Shown here: positions 36,327 through 45,647 of the stretch, one piece after another
Layout of the letters: every line of letters begins with the position of its first letter
How positions within the stretch are numbered: position 1 is the first letter of the stretch
Assembly (NCBI GenBank): GCA_964349945.1
Contig: CAYGIH010000002.1
Location: 46,937-110,936, forward strand
Reading direction: 5' to 3'
Length of the DNA: 64,000 bases
Source: an uncultured Candidatus Saccharibacteria bacterium
GTDB taxonomy: Bacteria; Patescibacteriota; Minisyncoccia; Phycocordibacterales; Zambryskibacteraceae
Made by a program: the position numbers and the translations under genes
Notes under the pieces: generated by a model
The model's input: the letters and a program-made list of their open reading frames with translations, nothing else
Databases searched by the model: none
Told to the model about the DNA's origin: nothing

Positions 36327-38145
36327 CCTTTATGGCCGCCGCTTCTTGTTCAGCTTTCTTCCTCGCAAGCACTTGTGATGGATCAGAAGTAATTATTTGA
36401 TCTTCTGTATAAGAGGCAATGTTTTTTATAGCCACATGTTTGAGTCCAGCGAAGAATATTCCCTCCCCCAAACCAGATTCAAGGAGAAGAAACTTCTCTT
36501 CATCCGTGAGGTTAAATATTTTTTGGAGATTATCTACTGTTGTTGGAGATTGTTTAAGGAGAATCTGGATTGAAGAGTTAGTGATAATGGGTAGACCATA
36601 CGGACTCTTAAGGAAGTCCCCAACATCTTGAGTAATGGTAGCCACACCCAAATAATATTTTCTTCCTCTCTTAACCAAACTCATAAGGAAGCTTGCGGTA
36701 TCATCAGACTTCATCATCCACCACGCCTCGTCTATTACAAGCAGTCTCTTTTTTAGTTCTCGCCTGATGGCATTCCAAATATAGTGAGTGACTATATACA
36801 TTGCTATAGGTTTAAGCTCATCTTCCATGTCTCGGAGAGAGAAGACAATAAATTTTTTGTTTATATCTACGTTTGTAGGTTTGTTTATGAAGCCGGCCCA
36901 AGTACCCTTGGTGTACTTAGTAAGTCTTTGGGCAAGTGACGCTCCTCCTTCTAATCCAGAAAGTACAAGTTCGAAGTCACTCATAAGAGGTGGCTCAACA
37001 GAGCGGAAATCTGAGTCTGCGGTTATGTCTTTCAAAGCGTATGTCTCAGTGATGGCTCGGTCAATAATCGCATCTTCTTCTGCAGTAAGACCACCCATCA
37101 TTAGTCTAAATAGTCCAACGAGGTTAATAATGTTTGAGCGGAGAATGTTGGCTGCAGATTCATCAGCTGCAGGTATAGGGAGGTCAAATGGATTGATGTG
37201 GTGCTCGGAGTTAAGAGAAATTTTAAAGTATCTTCCTCCTGTGGCTTCTGCCATATATTCATATTCCCTCTCTGGGTCTATCACTATCACATCTACATCA
37301 AACATAAGAGTTCTGAGGATTTCTAATTTTGTGGCATACGATTTTCCTGCTCCAGCCTTCGCGAACATCACCGAGCTATAGTTCTCCATAGAGAATCTAT
37401 CAAACAAAACAAGAGAAGAATTGTGCCTATTGATCCCATAAAGTATTGGAGTGCCTTTATCCGAAGTGAGGTCAAAAGAAGTAAATGGGAAAAGAGACGA
37501 GAGCGGAGTCGAGTTCATCTTCGAATGAACTCCAAGTAAATCGTTGCCTAATGGGAGAGTGCTCTTGTACCCTTGCTCTTGTTGAAAGAGAGCGGGCTTC
37601 ATATAAACTAACTTGGCTTCCAGTATAGATTTGATTTCTGTTTCTACTTTATCTAGCTCTGCATCAGAATCTGCATAAATACTCATATATAAACCAACAT
37701 CAAATAATTTTTCTTGCGCTTGTTGGAGTTCGTCTCGGAGATTTTCAAGATCTTGATAGGCTACGTCGAGCATTGGATCACGTACGAGACCTTTATCCTC
37801 TCTAGAGTGAATTTGGCTTTGAACTTCTGCTACCTTCTTTTGAAATTGTCTGAGAACTTTGGATGTTTCTATGGGGTGGATAAAGATTGAGACATCAAAC
37901 GCCTTATCCATATTTATAATTGGAGAAAACCAACTCTCTGCGAGGTATCTTGGGTATGAGATGACGAAGAAACTTCTAACTATTTTTTCCCCTAGATTTA
38001 ACTCCTTAGGGGTAATTTTAAGAGCACTTGGAGCTATAATATCCTTTAATTCAAGTACCCCAGCTTCAAAGATTTCCTGCGGTAAAATAGACTGAATATT
38101 GGATTCCTTTTCCTTCTTTCCAAAAATGTTACTTAAAAAGCTCAT
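36298..38145 (-). CDS. VirB4/TrbE/TraC-family type IV secretion ATPase (C-terminal two-thirds)
   Basis: Walker A AKAGAGKSYATK and the Walker B hallmark VIDEAWWMM (DEAW). Confidence 0.75.
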   Translation of the reverse strand: MSFLSNIFGKKEKESNIQSILPQEIFEAGVLELKDIIAPSALKITPKELNLGEKIVRSFFVISYPRYLAESWFSPIINMDKAFDVSIFIHPIETSKVLRQFQKKVAEVQSQIHSREDKGLVRDPMLDVAYQDLENLRDELQQAQEKLFDVGLYMSIYADSDAELDKVETEIKSILEAKLVYMKPALFQQEQGYKSTLPLGNDLLGVHSKMNSTPLSSLFPFTSFDLTSDKGTPILYGINRHNSSLVLFDRFSMENYSSVMFAKAGAGKSYATKLEILRTLMFDVDVIVIDPEREYEYMAEATGGRYFKISLNSEHHINPFDLPIPAADESAANILRSNIINLVGLFRLMMGGLTAEEDAIIDRAITETYALKDITADSDFRSVEPPLMSDFELVLSGLEGGASLAQRLTKYTKGTWAGFINKPTNVDINKKFIVFSLRDMEDELKPIAMYIVTHYIWNAIRRELKKRLLVIDEAWWMMKSDDTASFLMSLVKRGRKYYLGVATITQDVGDFLKSPYGLPIITNSSIQILLKQSPTTVDNLQKIFNLTDEEKFLLLESGLGEGIFFAGLKHVAIKNIASYTEDQIITSDPSQVLARKKAEQEAAAIKDEALASKPV

Positions 38146-38146
38146 A

Positions 38147-38851
38147 TTATTTTTCTGGTTTTATTGGTTTCTCTGTCTCTCCTGGGTTAAAGGCTTTATA
38201 GAAAAGTTCTATAAGTGCATCTGTGCCTACTCTCTTCACTCTAATACCTGTTCTTACTAATCCTTGCTCTACTATAGACAACCTCTGTTCTAATTGGGTT
38301 CGGTTCTCTTCGAAGGTTGCCTCCTTCTCATCAACTTTTTGTTTAGTAGTTTTGCTTCCAAAGAGAGAGGATAAACCAGAGGCGTTTCCTGTGGATAAAA
38401 CAGGTGGAGTATAGGGAACGACAATAAAAAATTGCTTGGTCATAATACTGGTATCATCTGTGAATTTCTTTATGAATTGAATATATTCTTGAACTTGTAT
38501 CTTCATAAGGTCGTTCACTTGTTTCTTCTCTGTGGCATCGAGGAGGGCGAGGTAGGGCCTTATGTCCAGCCTCCTTGATTGGATGACTATTTCTATGGAA
38601 AAATCCAAAGAATTTAAAAAATCTTGAAATTGAGAGAGGATGGCAGCCCTCTCATCATCTGATTTTAGAGCGAAGTTGACCGACGAAGCCAAGACTACAG
38701 CCCTCATCCCACCATCCTTGAGGATCATGATACCGTCGCGAACTTCTTTTATAGGTACAAATGATTGAGTAGAGCTGTTTCCGGCTGGCATGTTTGTATT
38801 ATATCTTATCTTCGTTCTCCTTGTTCTCTTCCTCGTGGACATCAAGAGCAT
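38147..38851 (-). CDS. VirB4 N-terminal-domain-like protein (possible split or frameshifted VirB4)
   Basis: IKEVRDGIMILKDGGMRAVVLASSVNFALKSDDERAAILSQFQDFLNSL resembles the N-terminal region of Gram-positive-type VirB4. The stop TAA and the next ATG are 1 nt apart in different frames. Confidence 0.45.
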   Translation of the reverse strand: MLLMSTRKRTRRTKIRYNTNMPAGNSSTQSFVPIKEVRDGIMILKDGGMRAVVLASSVNFALKSDDERAAILSQFQDFLNSLDFSIEIVIQSRRLDIRPYLALLDATEKKQVNDLMKIQVQEYIQFIKKFTDDTSIMTKQFFIVVPYTPPVLSTGNASGLSSLFGSKTTKQKVDEKEATFEENRTQLEQRLSIVEQGLVRTGIRVKRVGTDALIELFYKAFNPGETEKPIKPEK

Positions 38852-39224
38852 AACTTAGCTCTTTTAATTTTGATTCTGAAAGTTTAGGCACATAAATCTG
38901 AGGAACCTCTCTTTCCTCTCCAGCAACCCTCTGTATAGGAGCTTTTTCTTCTCTTTTCCATACATATAACCTACTTGAAATCATATACTCGAAAAAAGCC
39001 TGAACGAGTTCTATGAAAGGCTTGGAGTTTGGTCTATAAAACGCAAGGGCGACAGCAAAGGCTAAAATTGGTAAACCAAGAATTATGGCTATATATATGT
39101 TTAAAAACTTGAATAAAACAGCACAAATCCCCACCCCTCCTCCAAGGTATATGAATTGCTTAAAGGTCAGAGGGCCTATAATTTTATCTTCCACATCAAT
39201 GAATTGTGGTACTTTAAATCTCAT
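38799..39224 (-). CDS. VirB3/PrgI-like small two-TM protein
   Basis: Two adjacent TM helices, placed directly upstream of the VirB4 parts. Confidence 0.4.
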   Translation of the reverse strand: MRFKVPQFIDVEDKIIGPLTFKQFIYLGGGVGICAVLFKFLNIYIAIILGLPILAFAVALAFYRPNSKPFIELVQAFFEYMISSRLYVWKREEKAPIQRVAGEEREVPQIYVPKLSESKLKELSYALDVHEEENKENEDKI

Positions 39225-39241
39225 ACTTTATATAGTTTACA

Positions 39242-39859
39242 CTAAACCAACGGTTCTCGATAAGGATCTATACCACCCACGTATTTAGAAGTGGCGGTGA
39301 CAGACTGGGTGAGGTGTTCTTCTACGATATTCTTTGAAGTTTCTGCTTGAACTGGTTGAATAATTGGTTTTGACTCGACAACTACAGGATTCTCTACAAC
39401 AGGTTTTTCTTCTAATAAGTTAATATTTTTGTGTTGAGCTTCTGGTTCTACATTCAAAACAGGCTTGTTTTCTTCGGTGTGTTCAGGGATAAGAACTTCT
39501 TCTTCAGGCAAATCAATTAATGCTTCTGGTTTGGGGGTGTTTAATGCATCCAAGCTATCTGCCATCATTAAGATTGGTGAAAAGACTTCATCCTCGATCT
39601 CTTTTATGAGAGTATCTATTGTTTTCTCATCTATAGAAAGCTCCCTTTTTAAATTTTCTCTGAAGTTTTCTTGTGGTTCAAAACAATAAATTATAAGGAG
39701 AGTTTCTGTTTCCAAAGTTTTTAATTTATCTTCATCAAGTCCAGCACTTTCTCCAATTCCCCTGATCGATTCCTTCCACGACACAGTTTTAATAGCCTCT
39801 TGTAGTGGTTGAGGGAGAGTTTCTAATTGTGCTTGAGTTAATTTGTCTAAGTCGTTCAT
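39242..39859 (-). CDS. Acidic hypothetical protein (T4SS-like operon member)
   Basis: E/D/P-rich 205-aa protein. Confidence 0.3.
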   Translation of the reverse strand: MNDLDKLTQAQLETLPQPLQEAIKTVSWKESIRGIGESAGLDEDKLKTLETETLLIIYCFEPQENFRENLKRELSIDEKTIDTLIKEIEDEVFSPILMMADSLDALNTPKPEALIDLPEEEVLIPEHTEENKPVLNVEPEAQHKNINLLEEKPVVENPVVVESKPIIQPVQAETSKNIVEEHLTQSVTATSKYVGGIDPYREPLV

Positions 39860-42159
39860 GATTCTGGTGTTGTTTTTTTGTCTCCGCCTTCCTTTTTACT
39901 CCCACCTTCCTCTTTTGGTTTTTCGCTACCAGCTTTATCTTTTGCTGCTTCCTCTACTTCTGCTTCTGCTAATAAATCTTTTGCTTTTTCTCTTTTACTT
40001 TTTTCTTTTGAAGCTGTTCGAATAGCAGCAGCCTGTCTTCCCCCTGCGCTAACAAATGAAGTTATCCTTCCAGAGATTGTCTTCACAGCTTCTTCTTTGT
40101 TTGTTGTTATTTCTCCGTTTTTGTTTATATAATTCCCATATTGATCAACTTTGTATCCTTCTTGTATCCTGGCAGCTCTTTCCATACTAGATACTTTTGT
40201 ATTATTTTTTCTTTCAATTGCTTTTTCATGAGCTTCCTTTGTTGATCTTGATTGCTCAGCTACATAATTGTTCCTTGATTCAGTTCTTAACCTTTTTTGT
40301 TCATCGAATTTTGCCTTGGCGGCAGCCACTTTTCTAGATTTTTCCTCAGCTGTGCCTCCATATGGGTTGCCATTTGAATCAACAATTGTTGATACTGGTT
40401 TAGCTGCATCCTCTTCTGCTAATCTCAATTCATTTTCTGCACCAGCATATTCAACCGAAGCGGGGTTTTCTGCTTCAAATTTTTCTTCTGCTTTCGAGAC
40501 AGCACTATCATGTATTTTTTTGGCTTGCTCCTCTGCTTCCTCTGCGGCTTTTACTTGGTCAACCTTAGGTTTATACGACGCATATCTTTTTTCTAACTCC
40601 TTTTTATCAGTAGCGTAGCCGCCGCTAGGTGCACTACCAGCTCCTAGTGTCCCACCCAAAGCAGAACCACGCAAATCAAGGCTACTTTTTGCCCCCTTAT
40701 TTGCTGCCATAAGAGCAAGTCGTGCAGACATACTACCTTCAGCGGCTGCCTTTTTAAGTTTTTCATTATCAGCGATATTTTGAAATCCTGCACCCAAGGT
40801 TGATCTTCCTACATTCGAAACCAATCCAAATGACGCAGATCCAGCTTTCTTCATTGCCCATTGGTTCATTCCAGAGACTATACTTCCAGATTTATCAGAA
40901 ACCTTTTTAGCTATTAATATGGTCGCGATTAGGAACGCGATAATAACAATAAAATTCATAATTAATCCAATATTGCCCACTCCTGCTTCTGCGCTTTGGA
41001 TTATGACCCCGGCGGCATTCTTTTTTTCTACTAAACTCCCAGTTAATGCATCTCCCAGTGTTGATGTAGAAGGAGTACAGACCCCATTTACCATTTTGTT
41101 TCCGTATATAAAAGTACAAGAATTAAATATTTTAATCACAACCCAAGTGATAATCATATAAACTGGTGCAAACAACGCTTGACCAGTTAAGGCATCTTTC
41201 CATTGGTCAGCATAAGTTTTCATCCCTGGGATGATGCTTCCAACTACAAATATTGGGGAAAGAATTAAAACAAATATCAGGACTACATACCTAATAATAA
41301 ACATAAGCGCAATTGCAAAAAATATGAACGCCGCGATGAGTGTGAAAACAGATCCGAGTATACCTATAGTAATGAGGTTGGTTCCAGATAAATTGTCACT
41401 AAGATTCCAAATACTAGATAGGTTAAGTGGCTTCATTATTGCATTCGATAGACCAGTTTGAAGAAGATTTGCTTCATTCACATCTCCACTAACTATTGCT
41501 TTGTAGAAAGTGAGGGTTATAAGATTTGAAGCGTCTATTACTAGTGAAGTGAAGAAAAAACTAAAGTTCATAAGGAGCGCTGCAATGATCATATTCACCA
41601 CAAACTTTTGAGTTTCCTTGCCTTCACCAACTATGGTCCTTATAGCTTGATAGAGGAGAATAAAGATAAAGGTCATGTTTGCGAGATCCCTTATCATTCC
41701 CCAACTTATTTTTATAGCCCCGATATCTCTATAATGTTCTGCCATATCGACAACGGTATACAAGAGAACGAAATTCAAAAGAGCTCCAGCTAGTAAGGTT
41801 ATTAAGCTGAGTAGTCTCATGATAGTAAGGGCAATCCAGCCGACACCCTTCATAAGACAACCAGTAAGATTTGTTAAACCGCAGGTGTCGTCAGTCTGCG
41901 CGGCAGCCATAGCTAACACTGGAGCAGCTCCGGAAGCTCCTGGGTTTGAGGCGGCCGTGGGGGCTGGCGGCAGGGTTGCAGCTCCTGGTGCTGGACCTTG
42001 TCCACCACTAGCAGGTCCTAATCCTCCTTGTCCAGGTAATAATTGTGCGTAGATATTGGAATGAGGAGTAAGAAATCCAACTAATGTCACAAATATTAAA
42101 ATGAAATAGATCCCTTTTTTCATTGTTGATTTAGAGCATTTACATAAATCGAAGTACAA
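39856..42159 (-). CDS. VirB6/TrbL-like polytopic membrane protein with a C-terminal charged tail
   Basis: Signal peptide, Gly/Ala/Pro-rich low-complexity segment, more than six TM helices and a K/E/A-rich C-terminus. Confidence 0.5.
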   Translation of the reverse strand: MYFDLCKCSKSTMKKGIYFILIFVTLVGFLTPHSNIYAQLLPGQGGLGPASGGQGPAPGAATLPPAPTAASNPGASGAAPVLAMAAAQTDDTCGLTNLTGCLMKGVGWIALTIMRLLSLITLLAGALLNFVLLYTVVDMAEHYRDIGAIKISWGMIRDLANMTFIFILLYQAIRTIVGEGKETQKFVVNMIIAALLMNFSFFFTSLVIDASNLITLTFYKAIVSGDVNEANLLQTGLSNAIMKPLNLSSIWNLSDNLSGTNLITIGILGSVFTLIAAFIFFAIALMFIIRYVVLIFVLILSPIFVVGSIIPGMKTYADQWKDALTGQALFAPVYMIITWVVIKIFNSCTFIYGNKMVNGVCTPSTSTLGDALTGSLVEKKNAAGVIIQSAEAGVGNIGLIMNFIVIIAFLIATILIAKKVSDKSGSIVSGMNQWAMKKAGSASFGLVSNVGRSTLGAGFQNIADNEKLKKAAAEGSMSARLALMAANKGAKSSLDLRGSALGGTLGAGSAPSGGYATDKKELEKRYASYKPKVDQVKAAEEAEEQAKKIHDSAVSKAEEKFEAENPASVEYAGAENELRLAEEDAAKPVSTIVDSNGNPYGGTAEEKSRKVAAAKAKFDEQKRLRTESRNNYVAEQSRSTKEAHEKAIERKNNTKVSSMERAARIQEGYKVDQYGNYINKNGEITTNKEEAVKTISGRITSFVSAGGRQAAAIRTASKEKSKREKAKDLLAEAEVEEAAKDKAGSEKPKEEGGSKKEGGDKKTTPES

Positions 42160-43625
42160 TTTATTGGACCACCACCAATCACATTTTCATTTTGATCGTT
42201 AACTAAAATAGTCATTAATTTTGGACCTTCTGTTGTGTAAGAGATAGAAATGTTTGATCCAAAGGCATAAGTAAGGTCAGTGTCATATGTATTTGCTTTT
42301 TCTATCTCATCTCCACTCCAGTTGTATGTATTTGTTGCCCTTGTAGGAGAGGTGTCTCTTACTGTCCAAGTGATTGATTGTCCAATCCCAACATCTGTAT
42401 TATCTGCATAACAACTGATTGAACCTGTTCCGGTCCCTCCTCCTGTTCCCCCACCTGTTCCCCCGCTACCACCGGTGCTTGTTCCTGCATTGTTTCCAAA
42501 TTCATCAGGATTTGCGGTGCCACTATCTGCATAGTCTGAGGTTGCATTATTTGTATCAAACAAAGAGCTACCCGCAGAGAATAATTTTTTCGTAAGGGCT
42601 GTCACAAGTGCACTAATCACATCATCGAATGAACGAGCTAGTCCCAGATCGGTTATACCCTGCCCAAGAATAGGTTGTAGTTGTCCTTCAATGATACTTC
42701 CTGGAGTTTTGGTTGGACCTTCTTCCTTACAAGGACCAGGACTTCTTGTCCCGTCACTAGCCACTATCTCATCTCCAGGAACCTTACAATCACCTTTAAA
42801 AGATAGGAAACCCTTATTCCAATTTGCTTCTAGTTTTTTCATTCCTAATTTGTCATAAATTCTTCGATCCATTTCAACTTTTGCGTCCATATATGCACCA
42901 TATGGATTATTCGCATTATCTTGAGTCATTTGAAACCACTCATTCCAACCACCACTGCTGAAATCTTTGGTAAAGTTTTGCAGATTTGTGCTCACTGAAG
43001 TGAAAGTACAAGATGATGTTCTTTGATATGTATCCACATATTGTTCTGAAAGTGAAACTTTTATTTTTGCTTGAAATGGAGAACACAAAACATCTAAATC
43101 GGCACCATGAATAAAATCTCCAGCAGCGTTGTCTGCGATTGTTTTAAAATACCCCTTTGGATCAGTCACATATGCCGGACCACCCTCAAAACCACCGTTA
43201 ATCCATTTAACCGTAGAATTTGTGATTTGTTTCACTATGCCCTTGATGACAACTTTAGCTATTGAGTCCCAACTTAAGAAAGGCATAGGTACTCCCAAAA
43301 GAGTTGGCCCTACAGTTTTATCCTTTACTGCTTTTGTATTTTTTTGAGTGGCGCAGTTTATTGCTCTCAAATTAATAATCACTGGGTCGATAACAGCATT
43401 ACTGGTCGGTACTGAAAGTAAAGTGTTGCCTGCAGCAAGAGTTACCAAAGGAGCATCAACATCAGCAGCGGTTACTGGCCCATTAGGTATTACACAAGGA
43501 TCAGGGTCAGCGTCAAGAGAGGCCGGTAATATCGCAAAAGTAGTCTTAAAAGGAAGAATTAAAGAAAATATAATTATGAAACTTAATAATGTTGTTTTAA
43601 GTATTTTTGTCATAAAGAGTTCCAA
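42120..43625 (-). CDS. Secreted protein with a Gly-rich linker (GGSGGTGGGTGGGTG) and a C-terminal beta domain
   Basis: Signal peptide present. Confidence 0.35.
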   Translation of the reverse strand: MELFMTKILKTTLLSFIIIFSLILPFKTTFAILPASLDADPDPCVIPNGPVTAADVDAPLVTLAAGNTLLSVPTSNAVIDPVIINLRAINCATQKNTKAVKDKTVGPTLLGVPMPFLSWDSIAKVVIKGIVKQITNSTVKWINGGFEGGPAYVTDPKGYFKTIADNAAGDFIHGADLDVLCSPFQAKIKVSLSEQYVDTYQRTSSCTFTSVSTNLQNFTKDFSSGGWNEWFQMTQDNANNPYGAYMDAKVEMDRRIYDKLGMKKLEANWNKGFLSFKGDCKVPGDEIVASDGTRSPGPCKEEGPTKTPGSIIEGQLQPILGQGITDLGLARSFDDVISALVTALTKKLFSAGSSLFDTNNATSDYADSGTANPDEFGNNAGTSTGGSGGTGGGTGGGTGTGSISCYADNTDVGIGQSITWTVRDTSPTRATNTYNWSGDEIEKANTYDTDLTYAFGSNISISYTTEGPKLMTILVNDQNENVIGGGPINCTSIYVNALNQQ

Positions 43626-44419
43626 CCAAAGGCAGGATCTGTCTTGTTAAAAATTATACCACTAGCCTTAAAATAATCTGCCATAATAATTAATGTTGTA
43701 GATTCATAATCTGAATAATTACTAAAGTTATTTAAACCAGCAATAGTGGAGATTGGGTCAGTTTCTGAATTTTCAAGTTGCTTTAGACTGACCCCACTAG
43801 CTATGTAATTGTTGACTAATTTTAGATGAAGATCCACTAGAGATGCGGGCACGGTTAACTTAGACACTTCTTCTCCCATTTGAGTATATAGGTTAGCAGC
43901 GATTAATATGTCTTTTGTTAAAAGCGAACCAGCAAAATCTAGAGCAGGGTCTCGTTCTGGAGATTTTCTCTGTATAAATAGATTTTTATATTTAGTTTTG
44001 ATAGTCCAAAATGAATTAGCGTAGTTTTTTATATCCTCTTTTGTTTGATTTGGTATTATTTTAATATCGACTGCGGTGTATATTTTGGGAGGAACAATTT
44101 TAATTTGAGAAGAGATGCTTTCTACAAGGCTTTTTGTGGTGTTTTCGTTCAAATTTCCAGATTGTTTAAGGTCTAAGAACTGGGCTAGCAGTTTTTTACT
44201 AATTTCATCTGTTTGGTTTAAACCAGAGTTCAAGGAGTCAGGAGAAACATATTCAGTATTAGTATTTCCTACTGCGAAATTTTGTTGATTTCGGCTCGAT
44301 TCAACCGATAACCCAACGCTTCTAGCAACTGAGTCGTTAAATCTAATAAATAAAGCTAGAATTATGAGAAACAGTGCCAATACTGTAGTGACAATAATCA
44401 CTGGAGAAATTTTCTTCAT
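43610..44419 (-). CDS. Secreted/membrane-anchored protein (first gene of the T4SS-like operon)
   Basis: N-terminal TM or signal sequence. Confidence 0.35.
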   Translation of the reverse strand: MKKISPVIIVTTVLALFLIILALFIRFNDSVARSVGLSVESSRNQQNFAVGNTNTEYVSPDSLNSGLNQTDEISKKLLAQFLDLKQSGNLNENTTKSLVESISSQIKIVPPKIYTAVDIKIIPNQTKEDIKNYANSFWTIKTKYKNLFIQRKSPERDPALDFAGSLLTKDILIAANLYTQMGEEVSKLTVPASLVDLHLKLVNNYIASGVSLKQLENSETDPISTIAGLNNFSNYSDYESTTLIIMADYFKASGIIFNKTDPAFGWNSL

Positions 44420-44496
44420 GTTCTATTAAAGTATAGCAAAACTATTACTGTTTTACATGTGTTATTAGCACTTATTGTGCGTGATATAATAAATGA

Positions 44497-44868
44497 ATGA
44501 AAAAAACATTAATAATGCTAATCTTAATTTTGTCCCCCTCCGTATCTTCTGCTGCTATAGGAGTAAGTTTTGGAGGATTGACTAACGTGGTGATTCCCTG
44601 CACATGTAGCGGCGGAGCCATTATTTCATATTTTCCTTTCTATAATAATACCAAAATACCAACTGTAGGAACGTTATATTATCAATTTCCAGTAAGTTTT
44701 TTATTTAGAAATTACAACCCGATAACTCCACTCACCTTTCATTTGGGGGTATATACTCCTGGTATTCAAGCTGCTTGTTTGACCGGAGTGCCACCATTTT
44801 GTGTTCCTGTGACTATTCCAGTACTTGGAATGATTCAGTATATGGGAACAAGTCTTACCCCTTTATAA
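44497..44868 (+). CDS. Small secreted Cys-containing protein, divergent from the T4SS-like operon
   Basis: Signal peptide, 123 aa. Confidence 0.3.
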   Translation: MKKTLIMLILILSPSVSSAAIGVSFGGLTNVVIPCTCSGGAIISYFPFYNNTKIPTVGTLYYQFPVSFLFRNYNPITPLTFHLGVYTPGIQAACLTGVPPFCVPVTIPVLGMIQYMGTSLTPL

Positions 44869-45646
44869 TTTTAATTGAAAGTTGTTGCCAAATATTGATA
44901 TCTACATCTTCTGCCCTACTGTTGTCTCCTAAATTCAATTCTTTAAACACATTTCTTACTTTTTCTTTGTCTACAATTACAGAAAGGTTAGAAGAAAGCT
45001 TCTTTCTTTTTGAAGCGAAGCCGGCCCGGACAAGCTTAAAGAATTCTACTTCAGAGAAATCTTTGAAAAAGTTTTTGGAGATATTATCTATGAGGAGTAT
45101 AGCTGAATCAACATTAGGGATTGGGAAGAATGACCCAGCCTTTACTGTTTGAATGTATTTTGGTTCACCGTAAGCCTTCACAGAAACAGATAAAATACTT
45201 TCTTTTTTGTCTTTGGCCACAATCCTTTGAGCCACTTCCTTTTGAACCATAAGTACCATCCTCTCAGGTTGAATTTCTGATTCAAGGAATTTGCGGATAA
45301 TTTGTCCAGTGATGTTGTATGGGATGTTGGCAATTAATTTATAACCATTCTTATTTAGTTTGAAATCTTTTGGATTAAAATCTAATGCGTCACCATGGAT
45401 AAGTTCTAACTTTTTATTTTTGATTTCTTTTTTAAATTTTTCTTTTAGATTTAAATACAATTTATCGTCTTTCTCTATGGCTAAAACTTTTCCTCCGAAT
45501 TCTAAAAGTTTTTTAGTGAGTGTTCCCTTACCTGGTCCAATTTCTAGAATTATGTCTTCCCCCATCACATCTCCAGCATCAAGAATTGATTCAACAGCCC
45601 CTTCAGAGGTTAAAAAATTTTGGCCTAAAGATTTTTTTGGTTTCAT
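44855..45646 (-). CDS. rsmA: 16S rRNA (adenine1518/1519-N6)-dimethyltransferase RsmA/KsgA
   Basis: KKSLGQNFL N-terminus and SAM motif LEIGPGKG. Confidence 0.85.
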   Translation of the reverse strand: MKPKKSLGQNFLTSEGAVESILDAGDVMGEDIILEIGPGKGTLTKKLLEFGGKVLAIEKDDKLYLNLKEKFKKEIKNKKLELIHGDALDFNPKDFKLNKNGYKLIANIPYNITGQIIRKFLESEIQPERMVLMVQKEVAQRIVAKDKKESILSVSVKAYGEPKYIQTVKAGSFFPIPNVDSAILLIDNISKNFFKDFSEVEFFKLVRAGFASKRKKLSSNLSVIVDKEKVRNVFKELNLGDNSRAEDVDINIWQQLSIKIIKG

Positions 45647-45647
45647 G

